Shown here: positions 45,775-60,772 of the stretch, piece after piece
How positions within the stretch are numbered: position 1 is the stretch's first letter
Layout of the letters: every line of letters begins with the position of its first letter
Assembly (NCBI GenBank): GCA_965644265.1
Contig: OZ286475.1
Coordinates: 70,122,001-70,186,000 of the forward strand
Length of the DNA: 64,000 nt
Direction of reading: 5' to 3'
Origin: Glycera tridactyla
Taxonomy: Eukaryota
Made by a program: the position numbers and the translations under genes
Notes under the pieces: generated by a model
The model's database searches: none
The model's input: the letters and a program-made list of their open reading frames with translations, nothing else
Told to the model about the DNA's origin: nothing

Positions 45775-48143
45775 TATACTGTACTAACAGACGGTTGTGG
45801 CCATGAATCATTTTGAGGTGGGTCTCGAATTCCGGCAAGGAGAATACATATGTGAGGTTATTCTGTTATTCCTTGCTTGTGATACAAGTAATTCCATTTT
45901 GAGATACCAGTTGTAATGTTGAAATATAATGTACTGCTGAAGATTCGTTCTGCTAAGAGACGAACGTTCATATTTCTCTGAGATATGAATCATAGATACA
46001 TACGAACAATTTCATGACTTTAAAGGACCAATCACTCCAATCAGCCAGCATATACGATACTCACATTGCTTATATATTGAACCTTCCAGTGATTCTGGAT
46101 CACTATGAGCCTTGACATGATTATGCGTCCTGCGCTCTGATCTTCGACATGCTCTTTTTCCTTTGGAGATGCTGCCTGACACTCAAAACTGGTTTTTGAC
46201 AGGTGACTGTATTACAAACTTCCAGCTTGTCAGACATGTAGCATGTTGGGATCCCATCAGCAAAGGAGACAAGCCTTGGCTCTGTTTGAATTGATGAATC
46301 ACTTTCCAAATGTGAGCAGTACTGTTCCGACTGTCACCCACACTTGCTCTACCACATTCACCCACAGAAATAATATTTATCTGAATGACCAAGAGCTCAG
46401 ACCGCTCTGAAATGTAAGGTTAGCTCCTTTCTCTTTCCCCACCCAGGGGCAGGATAAGGAAAATTTCCGGGAGTTGAACATTTTGAAGCAGTAATAGTGA
46501 AGCTAGTTCCACTAACGAAGACAAAATGTAAATGGTGATGATATCAATTATGATGATGTTAACAATACTAAATAGGTATGAATGTGANNNNNNNNNNNNN
46601 NNNNNNNNNNNNNNNNNNNNNNNNNNNNNNNNNNNNNNNNNNNNNNNNNNNNNNNNNNNNNNNNNNNNNNNNNNNNNNNNNNNNNNNNNNNNNNNNNNNN
46701 NNNNNNNNNNNNNNNNNNNNNNNNNNNNNNNNNNNNNNNNNNNNNNNNNNNNNNNNNNNNNNNNNNNACTTGTAAACATTAGCGGAATGCCTGGACAACG
46801 ACGACCCACCATCAGGTCATCATGAAACACTGGCAGTTATGCCCCAAGACCGTCATCATAAACTATATTCATGCGTCTGTATGTTTGTGAGGACCCATCT
46901 TCACCTGCTCATCAATCTATGTAATTCATATTCCTTTGCCCGGAATGATCTGGTTACTTCCATTTCAAAGAGGATGGTGCATCCAATATTGTGTGATTAT
47001 CATTATTTGGACACTCGATTTGCTCACTGAATTATTACAAGTATGGAGATCATGATCAATTCTGCCTGATTGCATTATTAGAATCAAAAATACTGGAACC
47101 TCTCTGCAGTCTATCTCACATGACCAAATTACTCGCAACACTTAGCCAACTCAAATAATTCAGTACCTGCCGATTATAGGCAGAATTCAGTAATACGATG
47201 ACAGGTGAAGATGCCTTGATGAGGGAACCATCATAAACCTCTCAGTACATCCAACATCGTTTGTTGACGGACCTACAGTCATATATGTCATAATCGAGGG
47301 GCGATCATTTTCAGCAGGTTTTCACAGAAGATAGACTGATCTTGATTTATACCATGAACGATAACGCCAACAACCACCACCGCCTTCGTCACATTGACTA
47401 TCGCTCCCATCATTGACCTCGATACCGACAACTTCATAATCAAAAAAACTCCAGCATCCTCGAACACCAAGCACCACAGACACCAACACTAGCACAAACT
47501 CAAATAACATCACATCAGCACTGGCACTGGCTTCAATTACGCAAGGCACACTATCTATTCCGTTCCAGCATGAACACTTCAATCTCATTATAAATAGATA
47601 AGTATGCTTGCCCCCAGCTAATGGCAAACTGACTCTATTCTGTGTCGAGTGCATGACAAATGACAAGCTTCCATCATCCGCCCATTGACTGCTTCTTCTG
47701 ATATTTCTGTTGACCCTTCTCTCGAACATGCTAGGCCCACTTAACCGAAAAGCCTGCATGGTGGCTTCGTGCAAAGTGGTATCTACCAAGGCTCAAACCT
47801 CCACTAAAGTTGAGAGGTAATTGGATCAATCACAACCATTTTCTTGATGAGTTATTCAGTTCTGCATATCAGCAAGCCAGCAGTGGGATCCGTTTTCGAA
47901 TCAGGCCAAATCAACACCAGCAATTTGAATGTTCATAATCATGACTTTCTGAATTTGTTACAGGGTAACAAATGCAGGAGATGATATAACAAGAACGTAT
48001 GCTTATCGAATACAATTGCGATATACTACGAGGCGGGACTACCGTGGGACGTCACGAGGTATATTGTGATTGTATTCGATAAGCATACGTTCTTGTGTTT
48101 ATAGTATATATACCACAGATAAACAATTTAATGGCTCGATAAC

Positions 48144-48149
48144 ACAAGT
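48144..48149. other. Empty Polinton target site (single ACAAGT)
   Basis: gataac-ACAAGT-aaattgattcc joins the two Polinton flanks exactly. Confidence 0.95.
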
Positions 48150-48867
48150 AAATTGATTCCAAAAGGTAGGGAAAAGTGACGAAACCAGCCGTAATGCAGC
48201 GCCTATAAATACAATAAAAGAGACAGCGTCGTACTAGCCTCCTTGCACGGGAAGCATTGTTACGTCACAGTCAGTGGGTGATACTATGGTTACTGCCGAT
48301 TCTTACGTCATCAAGCATCGCAAAGAACGCTGAGACGAAGACACGTATCTCCACGATACGTTATATAGGTCATCGATTCGGCACAGATTCTCTCTAACAA
48401 TTCGATCAAAAATGCATCTTTTATTGGTACTGATACATATTTGGTAATTTCGTTTGACTATGGAGAGTAATAAGTCAAGATATCATCAAATAAAATCGCC
48501 GATAATATCCATGAGATATTTCCAGAACCGTGGTATATTTGTCACAATATACCATGGGTCCGTATCTCACCGATTTGGCGCTATCTGTGGTATGATAGAC
48601 GATAGGATAGACGATAGGATACCGGCACTGGTGAGAACGTCGCAAAGGCATGAATGACTTCACCTCATTANNNNNNNNNNNNNNNNNNNNNNNNNNNNNN
48701 NNNNNNNNNNNNNNNNNNNNNNNNNNNNNNNNNNNNNNNNNNNNNNNNNNNNNNNNNNNNNNNNNNNNNNNNNNNNNNNNNNNNNNNNNNNNNNNNNNNN
48801 NNNNNNNNNNNNNNNNNNNNNNNNNNNNNNNNNNNNNNNTCATCGGAGTCCGTGGTGATTATGATGG

Positions 48868-48905
<38 letters not shown>

Positions 48906-49289
48906 TTGATGATGATGTTGATGATGATGATGATGATGATGATGATGTTGTGTTTGTTGCCGTACTTCATCGGAGTCCGTGGTGATTCAGCCTCCTGGAG
49001 TACATGCATAGTATGGCTAGGGTGATAGATACATTCATGCTAAGTTTCTCATCTCCATTTCAACGGCGGATTTTTCGAGTTTGTTGTGATCTACGCCAGG
49101 ATACGTTATTAGGTATTTTTTGATTGTACCAAAGCATTTCATCATCATATATCGCTGTGTCTCATTTGATTCCGTTATACAGCTTTCAACACTTTGCATC
49201 TGACATTAGTTTACCCATAAATGTTGTCTCGTAGCTTTGTGGATATGATGAACGAATCCAAGAGTTTTTCTGATAATCGATATGATATA

Positions 49290-49467
49290 CAGTGAAACCT
49301 GTCTTAAGTGAATAGTCACGGGACCAAATTTTTCTTTCACTTAAGACAGGATTTTGCTTAGCGCAGGACAATTATAGTGAGAAAAAAAACAACCGGGCCG
49401 ATTGTGGGGTATGTGCTTGAGATAGGATTTTGCCTAGCGCAGGTTTACTCTCGAGCAGGTTTCACTA
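49290..49467. mobile_element. Tc1/mariner-type MITE (paralog of 30841-31017)
   Basis: TA|CAGTGAAACCTG...CAGGTTTCACT. Confidence 0.75.
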
Positions 49468-51302
49468 TATTCGAATTGGTAAGGCTCATCAAATGTGTCA
49501 AATGATGTGTGTAAAATCTATCATACAGCTCAAACGCTTGTACAGCAGCTACCGATGTATTCAACCCCTGATTAATCGAGGGATGACTGTTAGAAAATTT
49601 ACTTGATGACATTAAATCATGTATCATAATCACTGGTTTTGATGTGTTCAGAAATAGACACGGCGAAGAGCGCCGTACTCGCCGACGATGCTAGGTGGTG
49701 TTGTGTAGCCGGCACAACACAATACCTCCTGGCGTCGTCATCGAGAACCAGGTTGGGAGTCACAGCCATCAGCCATTCCTTCTGACTAGACACTGCAGAT
49801 ATGGAGTAGCATTGATTCCTCAGTATTGCCTCTTGGTGACTCCTCAAAAAGACACGGTATGGGCTTAAACTGGTCGTTGGTGGATGTTGAATCTTGCTAT
49901 CTGGCCCTCTGCACGTATTATTTGTGTGTGTCGTAGAATACAAACTAGCCCACCAGGGATACTGGCCGAGGGACAACAATTGATTTTAGTCTCTCCCTAT
50001 TACTGGCTGGAAATGAATAGATGACAAGGAACCCCCTGCATCGAACATACCCTTTTATTGATTACCTGAATGATCAACTGACTGATTGATTTACTGACTC
50101 ATTGATTAGCAAGTTGATTTTATCAACTGAACAAGTAATTGTCATTTGCTTACCTGGCCGATTGATCAATCGAATGATCAATCAATTGGCTCATCGGTTG
50201 ATACATTGATAGGTTATTTGGCTGATTGATTGATCAACTAACTGAATTGTTGTTCATCCGAAATAATCACAAAGACAGAGAGCTGCAACAGAAATGTGGA
50301 GGGAGCACCAGATCAACGCCGGCATACTCATACAAGAACATAAAAGCAGATTTCTATTATGCATACATCGACCACAGGTTCACTGGAACGATAAATCTTT
50401 TGATTGATGAGTAAATTGTTATATTTTTCGGAGATATCTAATATCATCAAGGAGATCGGTGATCGGTGGATCTGCTGGTTGCTAGGAGACAGAGTAGTGT
50501 GGATGGTATGATGTTGGTGTTGTGAGGCTGATGGTGCAATAATCATGATGAGATGATGGTGGTGTGAATATAAAGTGATGTCATTTATCTGATGGTGATG
50601 GGTCAATGATGATGATAATGATGATGGTGTGGATATGGAGTGATGTCACTAGAGTGATGGTGATGGGTAAAGAATTGGACAAGACCATTGTGGAAATTAC
50701 TGTTTCCATCTTTCTATCTCCCCGTACTCCTTCCACCCTTCTTGGCGACGACAAACCACATTATCAATGGAGGCAGTACAGTTTATCAGGAGAAACTGGC
50801 AGTTATGACCGAAGACAGACATCATGAACTATGTTTATGCCTCCGCATGTTTGTAAGAGCCCATTTTCATCTCATAAATTCTTCTTCTTTTTTGCTCGAT
50901 ATGTTCTATCCACTTACGGTTCAAAGGAGAGGGTGCATTCAACATGATGTGTGTGATATTGGTGATTTATTGGTGGTGTGGAGTCGAATGTTTGATGATA
51001 TGATGAGAGGATGATGGTTTGGATATAAATTGATACCGATGATTTGATCGACGGTGATAGGTTGTTGTTGTTGATGATNNNNNNNNNNNNNNNNNNNNNN
51101 NNNNNNNNNNNNNNNNNNNNNNNNNNNNNNNNNNNNNNNNNNNNNNNNNNNNNNNNNNNNNNNNNNNNNNNNNNNNNNNNNNNNNNNNNNNNNNNNNNNN
51201 NNNNNNNNNNNNNNNNNNNNNNNNNNNNNNGATAATGATGATGGTGATGCTGCTGCTGCTGATGATGATGTTGCTGCTGCTGCTGCTTATGATGATGGTG
51301 AC

Positions 51303-51360
<58 letters not shown>

Positions 51361-52703
51361 CCATCGACAGAGATAATCATATCACCTTGCAGCCATAAAT
51401 GGTGTTTGTTGCCGTGCTTATCGTAGTCCCTGGTGATTCAAGCTCGCATACATAGTATGACTAAGTTGATAGATTCATGCTGTGTTCCTAATCTGAATTC
51501 CAACAGCGGATTCCTCAAATTTGTTGTGATCTGGGTGAGGATACGTTATGCTGTTATCGTTTCTTTGATTGTACCAAAGCATCTCTTCATCATACATTGT
51601 TTTGTCTTATCTTGGATGCCATCCTACCATCTGTACCTCCGCTCCCTGATTACTGCATTTAACGGCCACCTGTCCAAAGCAACCTCCTCAAGTCCATCCA
51701 AATCTATCCAGCCAGCCCCTGAAACCACATCTGACTCCTATATCTTCTACGAATGGGAAATAAGCCACTGGTGCATTTGATAGCAGGCTCTCGTCAATAC
51801 TGGAGAAACGTTGAGATTCGAATGACTTTGTATCAGAAACGAAAACCCATATCAAAGGATATCATGACATATATATTTTCTGGGTCATGGTCAATCTCCA
51901 CATACAGTCTTTGCGGCTTCAGATGAGAAATCTCTCTCTTTTGATTCTGAAAAGAGTTTGTATACTAGACACATCTCTGACTAGAACACAGGGCAGTGGT
52001 TCAGTGCATTGATAGTCACAAACGTCTTGGAGACACCACCACATTGAACCACTACATTCACATTCATATTTGGATTTACTGCACAACAAGCACCATTGAA
52101 GTCAAGCATGATGTTAGTGGAGTAGATTATATGACGGTCTCACATCTCTCATACAGTGAAATGACCTATTCAGTCCCATTCAGTGACAGACTAGATCAGG
52201 CTGGCCGCACATGCTAAATGGTGGAGTAGTGAGACATGGGGAGGATGTGTTTCTCGACGCAAGACGAATCACTTGAGACCCCGCCTTCTCACGCCCCCTA
52301 CCTGATTGCCCCAGATGCTCACGAACTTATATCGGCATATTGATCGATCCATCGNNNNNNNNNNNNNNNNNNNNNNNNNNNNNNNNNNNNNNNNNNNNNN
52401 NNNNNNNNNNNNNNNNNNNNNNNNNNNNNNNNNNNNNNNNNNNNNNNNNNNNNNNNNNNNNNNNNNNNNNNNNNNNNNNNNNNNNNNNNNNNNNNNNNNN
52501 NNNNNNNNNNNNNNNNNNNNNNNNNNNNNNNNNNNNNNNNNNNNNNNNNNNNNNNNNNNNNNNNNNNNNNNNNNNNNNNNNNNNNNNNNNNNNNNNNNNN
52601 NNNNNNNNNNNNNNNNNNNNNNNNNNNNNNNNNNNNNNNNNNNNNNNNNNNNNNNNNNNNNNNNNNNNNNNNNNNNNNNNNNNNNNNNNNNNNNNNNNNN
52701 NNN

Positions 52704-55700
52704 TGTATAGTCTCGAGCCTGGTTCCATCGCAATATGGTAGCGGGGGTTCTGAAGGTCACTTATTTGTTCATAAAGTGATGGGAAGGATTTATAGCTGCC
52801 ATACCTCCATGTTCGAGGATATTGGCCTGTCATGGGTCCGGTAATTGCTGGGGTTTTCGAATGCAATGTGGCTGAAATATGGACGAGAATCAAAGAAGGA
52901 GAGGCAAAGTGTTGCCAGCTACAGGCTTGAGACACAATGCAGCTTTAGTTTGAATAGGAAATTGTGAGCAAATTAGGTGCAGTCACTTCGCTTCTCAGGT
53001 GGATGGCATCGTTCTCGAATGGGTGATCAAGATAAACAAGGTTCACAATTCAACACTGGACATGCACTATCACATGGATCTGTATGACCTGCACTTCTGA
53101 CTAAGGAGAGACCTTAGGTGTGGAGGTCTCTGAGTGGAAAATCTGTCTTCCACCACTCCACTTTACCCATGTGTGAATGGGTGGTTGGCTAAGGGCAGTA
53201 ATGGTGATTGTAACTTGCTTGACCCAAGCACTTGATCCAGGGTTTGTGGTCTTGTACTTCCCAAGGGGACGAGTAAGCTCAGGCAGGCCCGCTAAGATAT
53301 GTAATTGTAAAGTTGCTAAGCCTACCAGGATCTGTCCAATTACATTCATTTGTCATTTCAACATTATTTGGTATTGGTGGTCACCACGATGATAGTGATT
53401 TGGGAAACGAGAGACACCGGGCTATATTTATCAACTCATCTCTTGCATTGTGATATATGTACACATACTGATATGATCTTGGTCATCATGATGTCCATAT
53501 AACAAAAATTCATTATCGTGAAGTGGGGCTTAAAGGATCACAAAGTACGCGAGACAGTAGGATGACAAAGCTAAGCGGTGATCCCACGTGTCGCCAACAA
53601 GATGAGAAGGTTATGTTCCAACAGAACACAATACATTTATGTATAGGAACAAGGATATCATCATAGGCCATTTCAAATTGATCTATTGTAGAAATAGGTG
53701 AAACAGTTGGTCGACTCTGATTTGTCGATCACTTGTTTTATGCACTTGTTTCATCACTTATTGCATGCTCAGAGATGTGGGCAACATAAGCATCAATGAA
53801 TGGAATTTTACCTACTTTGGAGAGATTTGTTCAAACGATTCAATCGTTTTGACCAGTCTACTAGCGGACTTCGTCACGTGGCCATGGCTGCTAGTAGATT
53901 GGTTGAAATGTCATGATCCATCTCAGCAAGTCATTCCGGAGTAGGTCAAATTTTGTTCATTTTGAATGATCTAAGAATCAAGTCGCTTAGTAATTTGAGT
54001 GTTGTTACTTCCTATTGCTTTCTAAAGTGCAATGTCTGTCGAATACTGTATGAGGGACCCTGCTTCTTGCAATTGACGAGAGACGCACTAAGGAAATGAG
54101 AAATAACCTCGAGTTTCCAGCTCCTGTTCAAGACAACGATGTATGTCACTGAACCATATCCTGGCGGATGGGATCACCAGATGAAACATTAGTCAAGACT
54201 AAATGAATAGTCCGTATCCCCCCTTGGTTCCGAGTCAGTGTGAAGAGACCAATCTTTTTAGTCTACACATAATCTGCTGTGGCATAGTTTCGAGGTCCGG
54301 CTCACAGGGCAGTTTCATTCTTCGACAATATAGAGTGGCATTCTGTCAAATTATGGTAGAGAAATAAGTTTCGATTTGTTGGCGTGTTTACAACGTTGTG
54401 AGATGATATCATATGGATAATATATGAGTGGACACTGTCAGCTGCCAACCTGCATGTCTCTCTCTTTCTCCTCACCTACATCAAATCTTCATACATGGTA
54501 ACTCATGCCTAGTTGGTTGGTTGGTTCGTTTGACATCCCAAGCACCACGTGGGCTATATTGAGATACCCACACACGGTGGACCTGCTTATGCTGAAGTCG
54601 TCTTCTGAACATGATTGACCATATGACCAAAGTCAGGATGAGTAAGGAATCGTCTATTTATCCTCGCACTCAATGCATTTTCGTATGTACTTTTCTATCA
54701 GACACAGAGAGATTTATGTAGATTTGACTATTGTCTGAGACCCAGTTATTTCTTCAACACTTCATCACTCTTGTAACTGATGATGGACATACCTAATCTG
54801 CTTCATAAATTTCATTATCTGTTACATTTGAATGAACAGCATAGCATGATTCTCGGAATGTTCCTTGTTGGCATCATTGATGACTGGATCACAAGCTAAT
54901 TATCCCAAACAAACGTATATGCCACTGCATTTATGTGGACTGAGGTACAAATCACAGACAGGAATCCGACAGCTCCGAGAAGGGAACAGAATTAGATGGA
55001 ACTTACAGACAGGCATTATTGACATCTCCAGGGAGTAAAAATGTGAGCATGATGAAATGTTTCTATCTGTGTAACATCCATGTAGCATCCAATATATCAT
55101 TTTCATTATGAAAAATCTACAATAACGCTTCGGGTATAATCTGAATCAACATCAACACTTATCAAATAAGCTTCTCAGATGACGAAGTGTATGCCTTCTC
55201 ATGTATTGCAGATAGCAGAAGGCTGACCCATTTGTTGAGGTGAAGCATGCTCTCACCTTGCTACTATATGTGGCAAGTCTCTCGCTGTGATTGCAACATC
55301 CTCACGTCCTGAGTGCACAATCAACCATGTCAGTGTAGGTGAGAAGATATTCATCTTTCCATTGAGCTCGGCTGATATATGGATATAGCAATATGGCGCT
55401 GATTATATCTCCACCATTCATCCTGCCCAATCCGTCCAGTGTGATTTCTATATCACTCAGGCACTTCCTGGCAGCTGGGCCTGAGCCATATATGGCATTA
55501 ATTCACAATTTGCCGGCAGCTCCATGTACCTCTTCTTCCTTTTTTTCTTTTCTCCTTCTTCTCCTTCTTCTACTACTTCTACTTATTCTTCTTTCTCGTC
55601 TGATTCGCTCACTCTGTAACATATGATTCACCAGATCACCATGTTTTCAATCTATATTCTCAGTCAGCACTGAAATAGACATATTGTTCTACTGTCCTAT

Positions 55701-55734
55701 TGCTCCACTACTGCTAAATTACTTCTGTTACTAT

Positions 55735-55760
<26 letters not shown>
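52704..55760. repeat. Older paralogous block (copy C) of 36700-41900
   Basis: Roughly 75-80% similarity by eye, e.g. gatattggcctgtcatg, tgagggaccctgcttct, cacttcctggcagctggg are shared. Confidence 0.8.
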
Positions 55761-55769
<9 letters not shown>

Positions 55770-58700
55770 GTAGTAGAGGCGAGGAAAAGCTCGATAAGAG
55801 GATGGATACCGTCAAAAAAAAAAAAAGCGAAATCGGTCGAAAATGCTGCCAAAGACCTGAGAAAAGAATTTACATCCAAAATTCAGAAATCAGTGGACCC
55901 TATCAAGAAGGACCTACAAACCATAGGACAATATGTAACAAGGGAGGAGTCCAAAGTAGGAGAACTTGCTGTCAAAATGGATGTCCCATTTGAACCGGAC
56001 CGTAGTGTGATTGCATTTGGGCTCAAACAAATAGAGGGCGAATCCCTTGAGGTATGCGTTGACCGACAATTCAAGGACATATCGGAAGTCGAAGTGCATG
56101 TCAAACGCACAGAAAGAAAAGTGCCGAAAGATCAATCTAAAGTGGGACTTTTCCTAATTGAACTAAAAGACAATGATGAAAGAAAGGTAGTCCTCCAAGC
56201 AAAGAAATACTGTGCGGATCATGGAGAGTACAAAAATGTGTCTATTAAACAGTGTGAGCCCTACGCAATTCGTATGGCCAAGGCAATACCCGCGACATGA
56301 TAGAAGCACTGAACTTAGAGGATGTTTTCTATGTTGCTGGTCACGGCAGGCTACGTAGGAAAGCCACACGCGATCAAGAAGCGGGATTGCATATACATGA
56401 TGCCAGGCCAGACCGAGACGCCGAGCGGCCCCGAACAGGAACTGCCAATGGAGACATGAGCGATAATGAAGGACCGGACCGCATCGACGACCAAAACAAC
56501 GATGAGCACGGGCGTGGAGAGAGCGTAAGGAGTAGGGGCAGAGGCAGTGGCCCACAAAGCGGCCGAGGCGGCAGCCGAGGTGACGGCCAAGACGGTACGT
56601 CTGCTGGACAGAGGAAATCAAGTCGGGCCCGCGATGGTCAAAAGCAGTAGCATGCTGAAGAGCGCAATACGTATGAACAGCTCACAATGGGATCATGGAA
56701 TGTGAGTGGATGGTCTGGCGTGAAACAGAACTTCAAAAAGGCTGCCATACTTTCTCTCAGTACTAATGTGATCTTTCTCTCGGAAACATGGGCAAAAAAG
56801 GGTGGAATAATTGAAATGGATGGGTTCACAGTATTACAAAACAACAGAGATACTGTTAGCAAAAGAAGTGCAAGAGGTTCTGGCGGGATGGCAATGCTGG
56901 TCGCAAATGAACTGACACGAACACACTCAGTAGAAAGAATCGATGATGATATAGAGGGTGTTATTGCTATTAGATGCCGTCATTTTCTGTCGAATTTCAC
57001 CTTTGTATTGATTGGGATCTATTTGCCTCCAGAAAACAGTATATATGCCAAAGACATTGATGATACCCTTGCCATGGTAATTAGCCTCGCCTATGTATGT
57101 GCGGATGAAGACTTGATGTTAATATGTGGTGATATGAATGCTAGACTGGGACGAAAGAATGATTACATTGATGTGATTGATGAGGTTGAACAGAGAGCAA
57201 TGATTGATGATTGTCATAACGAACATGGACTCGCACTCATTAATTTCATGGTGCAAACGAAAACTTGTGTAGTAAATGGTAGGATTTCACAGGAATGTAA
57301 CGACTTCACCTCGATAAGCCATAAAGGCGCCGCAGTTGTAGACTACTTCATTGTACCCCACGATGTACTTCATACCCATATCAATAGTTTCAAAGTAGTC
57401 ACCAGTAGCCGTATCACGGAGACGGTTGGCGCGCATGATGCTGGGCGATTGTTGGGCCACAGCGCGCTATTACTGAGTATAAAGGTAAGAATGCCACCTA
57501 GCGGCCCCATCGAGAACTCTAGTTGTACTCGTCACCAACCAGAGGCAAGACCAAAAAAATCTTGAAATGAAACGTTACAGCCACAACCGTCCACTGAAAC
57601 TTCCTATATTAAACGAAGAACATGCCAACCCCCGTTGAAAATGCATAGAGGCCCACTACCAGTTGAGATTCCATCGAGCAAGACCATTTGTGAAGTCATA
57701 CCCAAAGAGATAAATGACATGCTTGACTATAAGGTGAACCAGGAAAAATTGGACAGTTTGTATGAGCTGTTGATCGAAAGTTACTGCATGGAACTGAAAG
57801 ATCACTGGAAAATAATCAAGAATACCCCGGCCAGTGGTAAAAGGTTGAAGCATAAACCCTCCCCCTATTGGAATCCTTCTCTTGATGAATTGTGGAAAGA
57901 AATGCATGCAAAAGAAAAAATGTACCTGAAAGAGAAGAAGGAGAGGAGAGTTACCCATGGAAGGAGGAGAGACTTTCTGGAAGCCCAAGGGGCATTCGAT
58001 AAAGCCTTAAAGAAAGCGAAAAGGAAACATAACCGTTCGCAGATTTTTAACCTGGAGAGAACCAATAATGAGAACCCAACTGAGTTCTGGAGAACCATTT
58101 GCTCCATGGGCCCCAGAAAGTCTGTCAAACCCCCATGGGAGGTGTATTCAAGTGATGGGTCTATCATAACCAAAAAAGCTGATGTATTAGAAAAATGGAA
58201 GTCAGACTTCCAAGGTTTGTTGACTCCTCCGGTATGCCGAGATCCTGAACAAATTGCCTTTGAAAGAAAAACTGTAAAAAACAATGCCGGAGAAGAAAAT
58301 CATATAGACGCTGAAAAGCTGGCAAATGATTCAATTAATCAGGATTTCACCATAGAAGAGGTTCAAAAAAATCGTGAATAAAGCAAAATCAGGCAAAGCA
58401 GCCGGATTGATAGCATACCGGCGGAAGCCCTTATAGAATGGGACCTCAATCACCATATTGACTCATCTTTTTAACGTATGTTTGCGAAGTAGAGTTGTAC
58501 CTACAATGTGGTCATATGGTATCATAAACCCCATTCCCAAAAGCAGTACTGCTAATACACGTATCCCACTGAATAATAGAGGAATCAGCCTGCTACCAGT
58601 GGTCAGCAAGCTGTACACTGCTTCCATTTCTGCACGTCTGTCAGAGGCCTTGGAGAAAAAGCATGATTTGTCCAATGAGCAGAATGGTTTCAGACCAAAG

Positions 58701-60772
58701 AGATCATGTCTAGACCACCTTTATACATTGACCAGCATCTGTAGAGTGAGACAGGAATTGAGACAAGAGACATTTTTGACGTTTATAGATTTCTCCAAGG
58801 CCTTTGATTACGTGTCACACGACCTCCTATTTTCAAAATTATTGAGGAAGAATCTTACCGGGGATGTCTACCACGCCATCAGAGCAATATATCAAAATCC
58901 CAAGAGCAGTGTACAGCTGGATGGCCACTTGTCGGGCTGGTTCCCGATTACATCGGGTGTAAGACAGGGAGATTCCCTAAGCCCACTGCTGTTTGCCACC
59001 TTCATTGATGACCTGGTGCCGATTATGAAAGACTGTGAAGCTGGGATTTTCATAGGTGGCCATCAGATTCCAATGTTACTATATGCCGATGATATAGTGC
59101 TTATGTCAGACTCAGCAAAAAATGCCCAGAAGCAGTTGGACATTATGACTAATTGGTGCAATCGGTGGAAGATGGCCATCAATGCAAAAAAGTCCCAAGT
59201 GGTACATATCAGAAACCATCAACGTCCTCTATGTACAATACCGTTATTCTGCTGTGAACAAAAACTTGAGTATGTCTCAAGCTATGAATACCTTGGCATC
59301 CTTGTGAATGAACATTTGTCATTCAAACCCACCGCCGATTCACTAGCTGCCGCAGCTTCAAGGTCATTCGGAGGATCATATCGATTTTCCAAAAAACTAC
59401 ACAATATGGGTGTCAATACATTCAATACTCTATACGACACCTATGTAGTTTCTATCTTAAACTACGCAGCCGGTGTGTGGGGCCACAAGGATTACAACTA
59501 TGCTAAGGTATTACAAAATCGCATTGCAAGGTTTTACTTAGGTGTGCATAAGTTTACCTCAGTGGCTAGTTGTATGATTGAGATGGACTGGTTGGACATT
59601 ATATTTTGAAGGTGGATTGAGATGGTAAGATTCTACAACAGGATTGTCAAGATGGAATCACACCGTCTACCTGTTTTAATCTTCAAATGGGAAAAATCCC
59701 TAAACCTAAACGGTTAGGTGGAAAAACTGAAACACATACTAAGCTATGCCAACATGGATGTAAACATTGATGATAACTGTATTATTGATTTGGATGTTTT
59801 ATCAGCCCGCCTTAAGACACTGAATCGTGACCGATTGTGGGTGGAAGTATCCTCAAAACCAAAGCTACGTACGTTCATAAAGATTCATGAAAGAACCCAG
59901 TTGAGAACGCTAGTGAATGCTAACCTATCAAGAACAGTCAGGAGCAACCTTGCTAAACTAAAATCAGGGGTTCTACCACTTGCGGTTAAAACCGGTCGGT
60001 TTAAAGCAATCCCTCTAGAAAATAGAATGTGTCTTTGTTGTGGTAGTGGAGAGATTGAAGATGAGGCTCACTTTCTTTTGTCATGCACTGCTTTGAAAGA
60101 GGAAAGAAAGGCTATGATACGAAACATTAGAAAGTTGGACTCCTCTTTGAGCCTTGAGAGTTTGAACGATGTGAAGTTAGCCCTTTCTGCTCCAGTCATC
60201 GAATGTTTCGGGGAAGGAATCACAGCCATGCTGGAACTCAGAAAAAAATGTGTTTTCAAGTGACTGCCCACACTACGATTCTAAGGGAGGGTATGTAATA
60301 CTAGAATAGATGGCATACTGAGTTCTCCCTCTTTTCCCCTATCAAATAACCACTGTAAATGTTCTCGATGTGGATAATGATTGTTTGGACCCACTGCTAA
60401 ATGTTATGATGTATTGTGCCCTATATTATATGAAATGTTATGATGTATTATGCTCTATATTAGATGAAATATGTAAGCATTGTACATAGTGTAAATATAA
60501 ATTTCCAATACTGGATCGTACATAACCCTTGAGTATTTAACCAAATGCGTTCAATCCCAATTTGTTATTAAACTGTTGTATTTATATGTCATTAGTTCTA
60601 CACGGTGTGAGGTAAATCACTAAATATCATTTTGTGACTAATAGCCCCTATATAGGGGCGGGAATATATGTATATGATTGCGATTGCGGAGCAATGATAT
60701 GTATTGTATGAGATGTAATTGTATACGTTCTGGTCACAAAAATAAAAATACTTTTCACTTTTCACTTTTCAC
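55770..60772 (+). mobile_element. Near full-length APE-RT LINE (family beta) with ORF1 and ORF2, disrupted
   Basis: ORF1 coiled-coil/RRM-like pieces 55802-56650; APE 56687-57565 (SWNVSG, SETW, GDMNAR, VVDY); RT 58458-59609 (QGDSLSP, YADD); C-terminal CCHC 59718-60263; AATAAA plus (CTTTTCA)3 tail. Confidence 0.93.

Larger units (their letters stand above)
37219..52330. repeat. Duplicated block, copy B: no Polinton, retains 3.5 kb missing from copy A
   Basis: Colinear with 1-7655 plus 29939-34330; extra segment 39455-42960. Confidence 0.93.

Noticed and set aside
57656-58675. Minus-strand ORFs inside LINE beta and gamma (also 61773-62404)
   Set aside because: Antisense shadows of the RT frame.
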